Below are positions 41,319 to 51,823 of a DNA stretch of 64,000 nt, piece by piece (position 1 is the first letter of the stretch; each line of letters opens with the position of its first letter). Made by a program: the position numbers and the translations under genes. Source of the stretch: a virus. Its lineage: Duplodnaviria > Caudoviricetes. Below the pieces are notes generated by a model, which had not been told where the DNA came from, searched no databases, and saw only the letters and a program-made list of their open reading frames with translations. The DNA is taken from IMG/VR virus record IMGVR_UViG_3300021400_000063; one strand, 5' to 3'.

Positions 41319-41467
41319 ATCAAGTTTTATTAGTAGCATAAAAGAAGGAGTTAAACTCCTTCTTTTTTTTATTTTTTTATTTACAGAGTTACAAACAAAT
41401 ATATTTATTTTCTTGTAAAATATCTTTAATTATATATTTTTCTTTTAACAAATAGGAGAATCTGCGT

Positions 41468-43435
41468 ATGGTAAATGAAGTTAAGAAACTCGTAGATGAA
41501 CTAAACGGTTATAGAATGAAATATTATAATGGTGAAGATACAGGTGTGACTGATGAGGAATTCGATTTTAAAGAAAGAAGATTAAAAGAATTGGATCCGA
41601 ATAACCAGTATTTTTATCAAGTTGGAGCGAAGACACAGACTAGAGATATTCCTGTCGAACATGAATATCCAATGCTATCCATGCAAAAAGAACAAACCGC
41701 TGAAGCTGTAGTAGATTGGTTTTTCGATATACAACAGAAATTTCCAAATCTTTATTTTGAAGATGGTATACCTTCATTATGGTATGAACCTAAGTTTGAT
41801 GGTATTTCTGGAAAAATCGTTTACGATCAAGATGGAAATTATAAATTAGCTTCAACACGTGGTGATGGAACTGTTGGTGCTCTTATACCATTTGGAATAA
41901 AGATTAAAGGAGTTATTCCTAAATATATTCCGAATTCAGAACTTCGTGGGGAATTTATAATTCCTAAACGATATGCTAGAGAATTCAGTGGACCGCTTAG
42001 AAATAGTTGTTCTGGTATTTTGAAAAGAAAAGAAGAATCAGATGAATTGAAATATGTTAACTTTGTAACATACGATGTTCATTATTATGATAATACTTAT
42101 CGACCAAATTTTAAAAATAGGTTAGATAAATTATTATCAATTATTAAAGTTTCTCAAGATTTAAATCATTTTGAACCCATTATGATTCTTCCGAAGAAAA
42201 CAGTTAATATTCCACAAGTTTATCAAGACTATGTTCAGAATCTTAGAGAAAAGTGGGAATATGAAACTGATGGAATTATCTTGACTATTGATGGTGGTCA
42301 GGATAATTATGATATGATAAATTCTAGATATTCTATTACAACTTGTAATAGATATAATATGGCTCTTAAACCGCCAGCAGAATTTGGTTCATCAGAAGTT
42401 ATTAATATCCATTCATCTGTAAATAGAATGAAAATTTCATTTGTTGCACAAATTAAACCTATTTACATTAATGGTGTATTAGTACAAAGAGCAACATTGG
42501 ATAATTATCAGAATATGAAACGAATGAAAATAGGAATAGGATCAACTGTTCTAATGAAACGTTCAAATGATGTTATTCCAAAAATAGTCGAATCGTATAA
42601 TGAAGAAGGTAAAGAAATTAAATTTATTGATATCGATAAATGTCCTTGTTGTGGAACCCCAGTTGTAAAAGTTTATCAAGATATCATGTGTCCTAATGAA
42701 TATGGATGTAAAGATATCTATGCATCTAAATTGGAAGATTTCTTAACAGGATTGAATGTTAAGAATATAGGTCCTTCTATAATAAACGGAATAGTAGATT
42801 ATATTCGTTACAAAGAATGGCCTTATACATTCTTCAGCTTCTTAAAGATGATGAATCTTATAGATTATAAACTTGAATTTGGAATGATGCATTTTAATGG
42901 CGGTAAACGAACTGTAAATTTTATTGATTCTGCTGATTATATTTTCAAGAATATGACAGAATTAAAACTATTAGCCAATTTTAATATTCCTTACATTGGT
43001 GAAGGAATGTTGATAAAAGCCGGATTAACAACTGTTGAAAAATTCTTGAAATATAAAGAAGAACTTGATAAGAAAATAGTTATAGAAGATGTTTTCGATT
43101 CAAGACTTGTCGCTTGGTTTAAAGATAAACGACATATTGAAGATTTGATACAGTGTTATGAACTTCTCAAGCCATATTTCAAAGAGGTTAAAGAAAATAC
43201 TGGTACAGAAATAACTTATTGTATTTCTGGAGAAGTTCCAGGATTTAAGAATAAACAGGAATTTATTAATAAGGTTTCCGAATTAAATTCAAACTTAACA
43301 TTTGTTTCTTCAGTGACATCATCTTTAGATTATTTAGTTTCAGTTGAAACTGGTACATCTAAAGTGTTGAAAGCTAAGAAATATAAAATTCCAGTATTAA
43401 GTCCTGAAGAATTTATAGCAAAATTTACAAAATAA
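41468..43435 (+). CDS. ligA: NAD-dependent DNA ligase
   Basis: YY..D.EFD, PMLSM, EPKFDG, TRGDG, ELRGE, DGII, Zn finger CPCC, C-terminal BRCT. Confidence 0.95.
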   Translation: MVNEVKKLVDELNGYRMKYYNGEDTGVTDEEFDFKERRLKELDPNNQYFYQVGAKTQTRDIPVEHEYPMLSMQKEQTAEAVVDWFFDIQQKFPNLYFEDGIPSLWYEPKFDGISGKIVYDQDGNYKLASTRGDGTVGALIPFGIKIKGVIPKYIPNSELRGEFIIPKRYAREFSGPLRNSCSGILKRKEESDELKYVNFVTYDVHYYDNTYRPNFKNRLDKLLSIIKVSQDLNHFEPIMILPKKTVNIPQVYQDYVQNLREKWEYETDGIILTIDGGQDNYDMINSRYSITTCNRYNMALKPPAEFGSSEVINIHSSVNRMKISFVAQIKPIYINGVLVQRATLDNYQNMKRMKIGIGSTVLMKRSNDVIPKIVESYNEEGKEIKFIDIDKCPCCGTPVVKVYQDIMCPNEYGCKDIYASKLEDFLTGLNVKNIGPSIINGIVDYIRYKEWPYTFFSFLKMMNLIDYKLEFGMMHFNGGKRTVNFIDSADYIFKNMTELKLLANFNIPYIGEGMLIKAGLTTVEKFLKYKEELDKKIVIEDVFDSRLVAWFKDKRHIEDLIQCYELLKPYFKEVKENTGTEITYCISGEVPGFKNKQEFINKVSELNSNLTFVSSVTSSLDYLVSVETGTSKVLKAKKYKIPVLSPEEFIAKFTK

Positions 43436-43496
43436 ATGTTTCTGGTGGGTTCATTAAAAACCCACCATTAATCCATAAGGGAGGTTAAAAGTAAAA

Positions 43497-45035
43497 ATGG
43501 CTTCAGCGTTAGAACTTGTTTCCGGTTTTTCATCTAAGAATGATGGAATGTTTAATGATAAATTGATTGTGGAGATCCGTAAAAAAGACGAGATGACTAA
43601 ATATATTGATGATGCTTGTAAAGCAGTTTGTCAATTGATTCCTGAATACGTTAAATATTTAGGATATCATTATCAGGATTCTCGTGGTAAAATGTTGGAA
43701 CGTGATAAAGATGATGAAGGTTCATTAAAGACTGCTAACAAAAATGAAATCAGAATCAATATTAATGATACATTTGCTAAGGAAGCTATATTTGATTTTG
43801 AATGTTCATTTGGAGGTACAACGCTTCATCAGTCATTCTCAATGTGGATTCCATTATTGATTGATAACTCTCACTTCTACATAAGAGGAAACAAGTATTC
43901 TTGTCCACTTCAGATTATTGATGCTATTACATTTACTAAGAAAAATGTATTAGTATTAAAAACAATGACTCGTGCTATAAAGTTCGAACGTCAAAAAACT
44001 ATCATTACTGATATTTTTGGAAAGAAGTATAACACTTCCAAAATCATGATTTATGTTACTCGTAAATGTATTCCAGTTCTTATCTATTTCTTCGCATATT
44101 TCGGTTTTTATAGAACTTTGGAATATTTCGGAGTAGATAAATGGATTAAGTTATATTCATTAAGTGAAAATGAAAAAACTCCAGATTTATCAGCTTTTCC
44201 AACAAATCAATACATATTTAAATTTGGTCAGGTTTATATGGGTGTTGACAAGCAAGCATTTGATGAAAACAATGTATTCCGTACATTTGTAGCTACAATC
44301 CTTGCTTCTCAAAAACGTTCAATGGATATGGATTATATCCGAAATGTTACACGTTGGACAATGCTTTTAGGAGAAAGTATTTCTATTCAGAAGTCAATGG
44401 AAAAAGGAATTGCTCTTCTTAAAACATTTAACAATTCTCTCGATTATCATACTCGTGAGATTATAAGTCAGTTAGTTCCAGGTACAGATAGATCAAATAT
44501 CTATGCTGTGGCAAGATGGATCTTCTGTAATTATGCATCTCTTACATCTAAAGACGATGGTCTTCAGAATAAACGTTTACGTCTTGGTGAATATTTGATT
44601 TCTCCATTTACAGTAATGTTTACAGAAAAGATTTATCGTTTTATGAACACTCCTGACAAACTTAAAACTATGGATGGATTGTTGGATGTATTTAAAATTA
44701 AATCTTCATTGATTCTTAATGCTATTATTGGTAAGATTTCACATCAGGTAACTGGTTTGACTATTGCTAAATTCAGTAGCGAATGTAATGATGATGCTTT
44801 AACAAATACATTGTTGATGGTAACTAAAACTGGTCCTGGATCTCCTTCAGCTAAATCAAAACGAGTTTCTACAGCACTTCGTCAATTCCCAATTGACTAC
44901 ATTGGCGCAATTAACTTTATTGAAGGTCAGTCTGCTGGTGCTCCTGGTTTGAGTCATTTTATCTGTCCATGTAATCAAACATTTGATATGGATAAGATGA
45001 CATTTGAAATTGATCCTGTTCTTATTAAGAAATAA
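43497..45035 (+). CDS. split multisubunit RNA polymerase, beta subunit N-terminal fragment
   Basis: IPLL...FYIRGNKY, LQNKRLRLGEY, TKTGPG, R....YIGAI......PG (beta regions A-D). Confidence 0.8.
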   Translation: MASALELVSGFSSKNDGMFNDKLIVEIRKKDEMTKYIDDACKAVCQLIPEYVKYLGYHYQDSRGKMLERDKDDEGSLKTANKNEIRININDTFAKEAIFDFECSFGGTTLHQSFSMWIPLLIDNSHFYIRGNKYSCPLQIIDAITFTKKNVLVLKTMTRAIKFERQKTIITDIFGKKYNTSKIMIYVTRKCIPVLIYFFAYFGFYRTLEYFGVDKWIKLYSLSENEKTPDLSAFPTNQYIFKFGQVYMGVDKQAFDENNVFRTFVATILASQKRSMDMDYIRNVTRWTMLLGESISIQKSMEKGIALLKTFNNSLDYHTREIISQLVPGTDRSNIYAVARWIFCNYASLTSKDDGLQNKRLRLGEYLISPFTVMFTEKIYRFMNTPDKLKTMDGLLDVFKIKSSLILNAIIGKISHQVTGLTIAKFSSECNDDALTNTLLMVTKTGPGSPSAKSKRVSTALRQFPIDYIGAINFIEGQSAGAPGLSHFICPCNQTFDMDKMTFEIDPVLIKK

Positions 45036-45051
45036 AAAAGGTGTGTATATC

Positions 45052-45417
45052 ATGAATAAAATAATTAAATTGTGTCATAAAATATTTAAAAGAACGTTAG
45101 GCATTTATTGTTTGGGTTCGGGAGAAAAGGTTGGAACTGTAATTAGTAAAGCTCTTATAAAAGATGTTTCTATTAATACAGTTGATGTCTTAGAAAATGG
45201 AAAATATTATTTCCATTCCCACATTGAAATCACTACAGTCGATGATCATGTGTATAAAGTAAATACTCATGAGAGTTATGTGAGATACATTCCGGATATT
45301 CCACATAAAATGGGACTGTTTAAATATAACAAATACATAATGAAATTAATAAAAAGTCCATTTTGTGATTATACACTTGAAAACAGATCAGATACTACAT
45401 TTGAGTCTAATTCTTAA
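45052..45417 (+). CDS. hypothetical protein (start revised)
   Basis: AAGGTG SD before ATG 45052. Confidence 0.6.
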   Translation: MNKIIKLCHKIFKRTLGIYCLGSGEKVGTVISKALIKDVSINTVDVLENGKYYFHSHIEITTVDDHVYKVNTHESYVRYIPDIPHKMGLFKYNKYIMKLIKSPFCDYTLENRSDTTFESNS

Positions 45418-45490
45418 ATAATATACACTGGAGGAATGAATCCTCCAGTGTATTTATATTATTTTTTCATTTATATATTTTATTTATGTC

Positions 45491-45627
45491 TAAGAAGAAT
45501 CATAGGTTTACAACCTAGTAGGAGAGAGTCTTGACGCAAGTCCCCGAAAGGGGCAACAGGACATGTAAACCGGTCACGTGAGTGCTCGATTACTAGGTAA
45601 ATGCATAAAATCCGAATGCGTTTCTTA
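45491..45627 (+). ncRNA. candidate pseudoknotted ncRNA
   Basis: Own promoter motif near 45471; two perfect crossing 8-bp helices; GNRA-capped hairpins. Confidence 0.6.
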
Positions 45628-45647
45628 TAATTCTGCTTCGATTTTTT

Positions 45648-47252
45648 TTATACGATCAAATGTTCTATACTGTTTTGGATTTCTTTTTTGTATTTTCCAA
45701 CAAAAACTTCTTTACATAAATCATCAATAGGTTTTAATATTTTTTCTTCAGTATCATGACTAACACCATTAATACGATCATCAATTAATCTATTATAAGC
45801 TTTTGTAAATAGAGACTTACTATTAGATTTACGATTTTGATAAACCTGTTCACTTATAGCAGTTAATTGATCAATTTGTAATTGAATTTGTTTTTTCTGA
45901 TCAGTAGTTAAATGTGTATTAGTTTGAATTTCGTGTACAAGATCAGTATACATATTTTGTAATCTTTGTTTATTTGTACCGTGTACATCATATTCACAAG
46001 TTTCCAAATATGTCTTATAAATATGATATTTATCGTACATACTCATACCATTATTTTTTTCCAAATAATCATCGACTATCGATGATAAGAAACTGTATGT
46101 TTCCGGTCCAAATCCGTATGATGTAGCGAAGATATCTGCGAAAAATTCCCATCGTTTGAAGAATGTTACTTTGGCATAAGTTTTATTTGTGAATCTAGAT
46201 AATGTTAATAATCTAACTAATCTAGTATCCATATTATCAAATTTACGAACCATTCTTTCCCAGAATTCTTTAAATTTACCACCTACTGGTTCTAAGTTTT
46301 TACAATTCTCCAAATATATTTTCCACTCATCTTTATTATTTTTTTCTAGATCTTTAATAAATTTATTACGATCATTATCTTTATTGATGTATGTTAATAT
46401 TTGTGTTGCTTGACTATTTTGTAAACTAGATCTAGTTTTATCATCACCATCATCAATTTTCTCAAGCTGATCTTTCATTCGTAGTGCTGTATTTTTATGT
46501 GCTAAGTTATTAGATAACTTTGCTAATTTTGCACCCAAACCAGAAAGTAAACCGGATGTGAATAAATATTGTGGGAAACATAAATAAGTGAAAATTATAA
46601 ATAAAAATCTGAAACCTACAATCTTAGTTAATCCTTGAATAAATTTAGGCATACTGTTTCTAAACATTTCTACAGCATGAGCACTAGCTGTCATCATTTG
46701 TGAAAATGTTATATCGGCTACATCTTTATAAACTCCAAAAATACCATCTTGGAAACAATGACCTAATTCATGTGCTATTACACCAGCAATAATTTCAGGT
46801 TCACATTTTTGAATTAAACCTTTATTAAGTTTTACACATAAAAGTTTATTTTTACTATTACGGTATTTATAACCTTCAGATGTAACAATGATATCTTCAA
46901 TATCAGCAATTTTATCCAAGTCAATGTTTACATTACCATACTTATCTTTTACAGTTGTGTTTGCTCTTATAAATATAGGATAAGCTGCAGCGTTTAATGT
47001 GTCATCTGGAATTAATAAAAATTTTACACTTTCTGCGTTAATATCTAATTTAACAGCTTCACCAAAATCAATAAGTATTGAATTTATCTTTTTCATAAAT
47101 TCTCTATTTTTGAATTTAGTATCGTCTACATTTTGTATTAGTTCCTTTAACTTATTAGCATAATTAATGAGATCTTGAGATAATGGAGAATCTAAACCAA
47201 AATATGCTTCATTTGATTTTTCCAAACTAGGGAAAAAATTAAAAAAATCCAT
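45648..47252 (-). CDS. zincin (M48-like) metallopeptidase-domain protein, probably virion-associated
   Basis: NAAA, IAHELGH, EFFADIFATSYGFG; AACA-N6-TATA upstream. Confidence 0.75.
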   Translation of the reverse strand: MDFFNFFPSLEKSNEAYFGLDSPLSQDLINYANKLKELIQNVDDTKFKNREFMKKINSILIDFGEAVKLDINAESVKFLLIPDDTLNAAAYPIFIRANTTVKDKYGNVNIDLDKIADIEDIIVTSEGYKYRNSKNKLLCVKLNKGLIQKCEPEIIAGVIAHELGHCFQDGIFGVYKDVADITFSQMMTASAHAVEMFRNSMPKFIQGLTKIVGFRFLFIIFTYLCFPQYLFTSGLLSGLGAKLAKLSNNLAHKNTALRMKDQLEKIDDGDDKTRSSLQNSQATQILTYINKDNDRNKFIKDLEKNNKDEWKIYLENCKNLEPVGGKFKEFWERMVRKFDNMDTRLVRLLTLSRFTNKTYAKVTFFKRWEFFADIFATSYGFGPETYSFLSSIVDDYLEKNNGMSMYDKYHIYKTYLETCEYDVHGTNKQRLQNMYTDLVHEIQTNTHLTTDQKKQIQLQIDQLTAISEQVYQNRKSNSKSLFTKAYNRLIDDRINGVSHDTEEKILKPIDDLCKEVFVGKYKKEIQNSIEHLIV

Positions 47253-47407
47253 AAAATTTCTCCTGTTTTAGTATATATAATGATGTTTTTTGCTTTAATT
47301 TGTTAAATTGTGTAATATATTAAAATATATTAAATTTGCAGTATAAGGATATTAAAGTAATTTTAATTTATATACTTTTATAAAAATTTAAGTGGAGGAA
47401 TCCTATT

Positions 47408-47827
47408 ATGGACAACAATGTACAATTTATTGCATCCGATCCTATGAAAGGAGCAAGAAGACCTAAAACTACAGGTGTCAGAGTGGATTCTAATGGGGTT
47501 CCATTAGATATTATTGCAAAGCAAAAAGAGAATAAAAAGACCGCACCAGATGATATTACAAATGATCCAGCATTTATGGAAATGTTTGGACACGCTGGTC
47601 AAGAACAAAAGGATCCTTGGAAACAAGGTGGAGATGAAGACAATTGGTTTTCTGGTTCACCTAAACCTGTTAAATTACAACCAACTCAGCAGAATACACA
47701 ACCTACTACAGAACCTGTTGATATGGGTTCTAATGATATTACAAATGATCCAGAATTTGAAAAAATGTTTGGTAAATCGGAGGTGGTTAATAATGAGTCA
47801 GATTCTTCTGACTCTCACATGAAATGA
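47408..47827 (+). CDS. low-complexity protein with duplicated DITNDPxFxxMFG motif
   Basis: GGAGG SD; motif occurs twice. Confidence 0.7.
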   Translation: MDNNVQFIASDPMKGARRPKTTGVRVDSNGVPLDIIAKQKENKKTAPDDITNDPAFMEMFGHAGQEQKDPWKQGGDEDNWFSGSPKPVKLQPTQQNTQPTTEPVDMGSNDITNDPEFEKMFGKSEVVNNESDSSDSHMK

Positions 47828-50631
47828 TTGTGAATGATCAACAAATAGAAGAGGAAATTGTAAAAACGCCAGATGAGGAGGTAGAAGAAATGGCAAAATC
47901 GTTTGATGACGATGATGATTTCGACAAAATTAAACCTGGAACAATCGATGTTGATGATTTGTTCGGGTCTTCAGATGAACCATTTGAAGAAAATGAAGTA
48001 GAAGTTGGTACAGTAAATGATGCTGAATCTACTGAAGATTATTCAGATTATACATTTGATTCTGATGATAAACCTGTAAAGGTTGAAAACGAGGAAGATA
48101 ATTCTGATGAACTATTTGACTTCAGTGAATCTGATGAAACACCAATAGTTGATGAAGAAGAACAAATAGATTCATTTGAAAAACCTGAAATCAATGATAG
48201 TTCTGAACTTACAGACGAAAAGATAGAAGATAAACCTTCTGAATCTGAAGAAAAAGAATCTTATGAAGGTGATACTGTTATAACCGAACAACTTGTTGAT
48301 GATGAAGAAGTTGTTAAAGAAGAAACTGAATCTAATGCTTTAGATGAAACTGTAAAAGATGAGACTGTAACATCTGATGAATCTGAAGAAAAAATTTTGG
48401 AAGATTTAGTTGATGATGGAATGAAAGCTGTTGAAAGTGCATCTATTCCTAAGGAGATTTCTGAACCAGTTGAAGAAAAAACTGAAGAAGTTGAAATTAA
48501 AGATGTCGGATTTGAAGAAGATACTGAAACTGAAATCGATGCTCCTAATACAGAACCTGTTAAGATTGAAGAGGAATCAATTAATATGACTCCTACCAAT
48601 GAAGAAATTCATGAAGAATCAATAGAAAAAGTTAAAGAAGAATCAAAAGAAGAAAAATTTGAAACTGAAAAACTTGAAAAAGCTGTTGAATCGATTGATA
48701 AACAGGAAACTGAACAGGAAAAACCTAATCTGTCACCTGAAGAAAAAGAATATTTTGAAACTGAATCAGATGGTAGTCTTGCAGATTTCATGAAGAAAGC
48801 ATTTAAGAAACGCGTTGCTGAAATTCAGAGTGCGTTTACAGAAAATGCCCTTATCAATTATCTTGAAGGTTATTCATCTAAAGAAGACAGAAAGCTTATT
48901 CAGGAACAGTATTGTTTCGAATATGGTAAATACTACAAGTATGTAGATTTTAAAAATCCTGCTGCTAAAGCTGCACTTTGGATTCTTGTAGCTGGTGAAT
49001 TTGCTGAACTCATTGAACAGAAAAAGTTCAATGGTGAAATCCAGCCAGTTGTTGAAACTTCAAATGTTGGGGATGATCCTAACAATATCGAAGATGAAAA
49101 CATTACAGCTATTAAAGAAAAGCGTCGTAAAGAAGCTGCAGAACAGTCTAAGTATGGAATTGATAGATGTGTTTGGGACATAGATGATAATATCGCTGAA
49201 GAAAATACTTCTATCTTTGATGAACAGAAAGATTTGTTCTCAGAATTCAAGAAAACTGAATTTTATGGAATTCTTACACAGGTAATGGAATCTACAAGAA
49301 TTGCTGATATGTCACAGGTAAGATGTAAAGTTTCTATTAAGGAATCTTGCGGATATTATCCGATCATCGACTTTAGCACAGGCGTTCGTGTAATTTGTAT
49401 TGATACAGAAGATTCTTCTCAGTACAACAATCATCCATTGTTGTTCAATAGAAAACTTCCATTCCAGTTCAAAGTTCCTAAGCATGGTATTAAGACACGT
49501 ATCATTTATAGTGATATTTGTCGTGAATGTGCTATTGCTACAGTTTTCGCTTTGAAGAAATTGATTGCATTTGATTACATTAAACCAAGATATAAGATTA
49601 ACATTGCTAATAACTATGTTATCAGTTACACAACTGAACAGATGTATCTTGATATGTTTGAAAAAGGTGATCCTGATTCTAAACGTCCTGGAAGTTCTAC
49701 TTATTATTCTCCAAAACCAGCAACAAACTTTGTTGGTGTTGTAGTTCTTGATAAGAAAACTGAAAAGGATATTAAATCTGTTCACAGAAATCAGATTTAT
49801 AAAGATCTTAACAGAATGCCTGATATTTCAGTAGATAATTATGATCCACAGTTCATCTTGTCTGCAAGATATATCAGAAATGATTTAAGATTACGCAATC
49901 CAACAATTCCTGCAAATCAGAGATTCGTTGAATATATTATCACACAGTATACAGAATGTAATTCTGTAATTGTTAATGATGGTATTCAGGTTATCTGTGC
50001 TTGTATTATTAAAGAGCATAGATTGAATTATGGTCCAGGAACACCATACTCTATCTCATTCGAATTTGATAGAGATAATCTGTTGACACCAGCAGTAGTA
50101 AGAATGCTTGATAATCATGATGGTTTCGAACTTTCTATGATTAAGAAATGTCAGCCACTTGAATGTATGCAGACATTCATACTTCCACCATCAAGAAGAA
50201 AATTGGATGGAGTTCTTCCATCAGAAAAAGGTCGTCTTGATGTAAGATATTTCTCACCTCAGGGAATTCAGAGTCGTTATCGTGAACAGAGAGATCTCTG
50301 GTCTAGATACGATTTGACAACTCAGCAGGGAAGAAATGAATTTATTAAGTCTCGTGGATTTGAAGTATTCATTTCTCCTAAGTATATGACATTTGATATC
50401 ATGCCTGATTGTTTGATGAATATCGAAAATGGAAACGTTATTAGAAATATTCAGAAAATTTCTATTACTGCTCTTTCTGACAGAAACTCTGATGATACAA
50501 TTAATCTCCTTAATAAGCAGAAAGAAATGGAATACTATAAGTCTCTTGATCAGTCAGAACTTGGTACATTCCAGAAATTCCTTATTAATGCGACTAACAT
50601 CATGTTGGATTTCTTAGGACAAAATAATTAA
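47824..50631 (+). CDS. large protein with a roughly 310-aa highly acidic disordered N-terminus and a globular C-terminus
   Basis: Composition of the translation. Confidence 0.8.
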   Translation: MIVNDQQIEEEIVKTPDEEVEEMAKSFDDDDDFDKIKPGTIDVDDLFGSSDEPFEENEVEVGTVNDAESTEDYSDYTFDSDDKPVKVENEEDNSDELFDFSESDETPIVDEEEQIDSFEKPEINDSSELTDEKIEDKPSESEEKESYEGDTVITEQLVDDEEVVKEETESNALDETVKDETVTSDESEEKILEDLVDDGMKAVESASIPKEISEPVEEKTEEVEIKDVGFEEDTETEIDAPNTEPVKIEEESINMTPTNEEIHEESIEKVKEESKEEKFETEKLEKAVESIDKQETEQEKPNLSPEEKEYFETESDGSLADFMKKAFKKRVAEIQSAFTENALINYLEGYSSKEDRKLIQEQYCFEYGKYYKYVDFKNPAAKAALWILVAGEFAELIEQKKFNGEIQPVVETSNVGDDPNNIEDENITAIKEKRRKEAAEQSKYGIDRCVWDIDDNIAEENTSIFDEQKDLFSEFKKTEFYGILTQVMESTRIADMSQVRCKVSIKESCGYYPIIDFSTGVRVICIDTEDSSQYNNHPLLFNRKLPFQFKVPKHGIKTRIIYSDICRECAIATVFALKKLIAFDYIKPRYKINIANNYVISYTTEQMYLDMFEKGDPDSKRPGSSTYYSPKPATNFVGVVVLDKKTEKDIKSVHRNQIYKDLNRMPDISVDNYDPQFILSARYIRNDLRLRNPTIPANQRFVEYIITQYTECNSVIVNDGIQVICACIIKEHRLNYGPGTPYSISFEFDRDNLLTPAVVRMLDNHDGFELSMIKKCQPLECMQTFILPPSRRKLDGVLPSEKGRLDVRYFSPQGIQSRYREQRDLWSRYDLTTQQGRNEFIKSRGFEVFISPKYMTFDIMPDCLMNIENGNVIRNIQKISITALSDRNSDDTINLLNKQKEMEYYKSLDQSELGTFQKFLINATNIMLDFLGQNN

Positions 50632-50666
50632 CGTTTATATAATTTAATTGTAAGGAGGCCTCGAAA

Positions 50667-51803
50667 ATGGCTATTAACGATGGTAATTCGATAGACCCAA
50701 GTAGAAGAATTCGTGCTGTACTTGGTGAAGAATTTACAGCTAATGTCGAGGCTGACGCTTTGAATAGAATCGTCAGCCAGGCAAATGTTGAAGGAAGTGT
50801 TAAATCTAACAACCCTACAGGTCCAGTTAGAAATGACAATTTTGACGCTTCAGAATATATGAATAGAATTGTACATTCTAATTCTACAAAAGTTGGGGTT
50901 AATGGTGTTAAACCACATCCAGTTACAAATGCATCTCGTAATGAAGCACTTAATAAAACATTCGCACAGTTTAAGTCAACCATTATGATGGAAGACAGAT
51001 CAAAAGTAGCAAAGGTTGTTATGAAACTTACAGGTTTTGATAAAGCAAAATCTCGTGCTGAAAATATTACAAATGCAGGATGTGCACTTGCTAACATCTC
51101 AACAGGTGCCGCACTCCAGTATCTTTCTGATTCTTATCTTCATAAATCGAAAAATTTCAATACTAAGAATATTCTTGGTGTTGGCGTTGTTGGATCAATG
51201 GTTGATTTCGCATCAGCTTATTGGTTCTCAGGAAACAAAGATACTGTAGAAGGTTTGTTTGATCCAAACAATATTTCATCAGCAGAAGCTGATCTTATTA
51301 ATAAAGCAATTAATAAAGAAAAGTTTAAGTATGCTGCTGAACATGTTGGTATCGGATTTGTTACTCCATTTGTAGCATCTAATGCTCTTAATAAATTCCT
51401 TCCAGAAAAAGCTAAGAATAATGATGTTGTAAAAGCATTAACATCATTTGGTACATTGTCTGCTGTAAGTAAAACTGTTCTTCAGAGTGTAAGAAACTTT
51501 AAGGATATTAAAGATCTTAAGTCTATTGATGGATGTTCATATTCTATCACTGAAGGTCAGCCTTGTGAAGCTTATGAAATTATTGCTAAGTATGCTACAA
51601 GAAAATCTATTAATGGACAGCTCGATGCTTCTGTTTATGGAAATATCGGTGGCGTAGCAGTAACTTCAATTTCAAACATGATTAAAAGTAAGAAAGTTGC
51701 TGGAAATACTGAGGTTGTAAAACCAGCAGCTTTACCAAAGCTCGAAGTAAAAGAGCTTCCAACAAAAAAAGAAACTATTAAAAATGAAAAGGCTACAGCC
51801 TAA
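50667..51803 (+). CDS. hypothetical Ala/Gly-rich amphipathic protein
   Basis: AAGGAGG SD. Confidence 0.8.
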   Translation: MAINDGNSIDPSRRIRAVLGEEFTANVEADALNRIVSQANVEGSVKSNNPTGPVRNDNFDASEYMNRIVHSNSTKVGVNGVKPHPVTNASRNEALNKTFAQFKSTIMMEDRSKVAKVVMKLTGFDKAKSRAENITNAGCALANISTGAALQYLSDSYLHKSKNFNTKNILGVGVVGSMVDFASAYWFSGNKDTVEGLFDPNNISSAEADLINKAINKEKFKYAAEHVGIGFVTPFVASNALNKFLPEKAKNNDVVKALTSFGTLSAVSKTVLQSVRNFKDIKDLKSIDGCSYSITEGQPCEAYEIIAKYATRKSINGQLDASVYGNIGGVAVTSISNMIKSKKVAGNTEVVKPAALPKLEVKELPTKKETIKNEKATA

Positions 51804-51823
51804 CAGAAGGGAGGAATTAGAAG

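Noticed and set aside
45491-45627. RNase P RNA or group I intron fragment
   Set aside because: Only loose resemblance (GCAACAG, GTAAACC); conserved P4 sequences are absent and the helix order does not match the group I core
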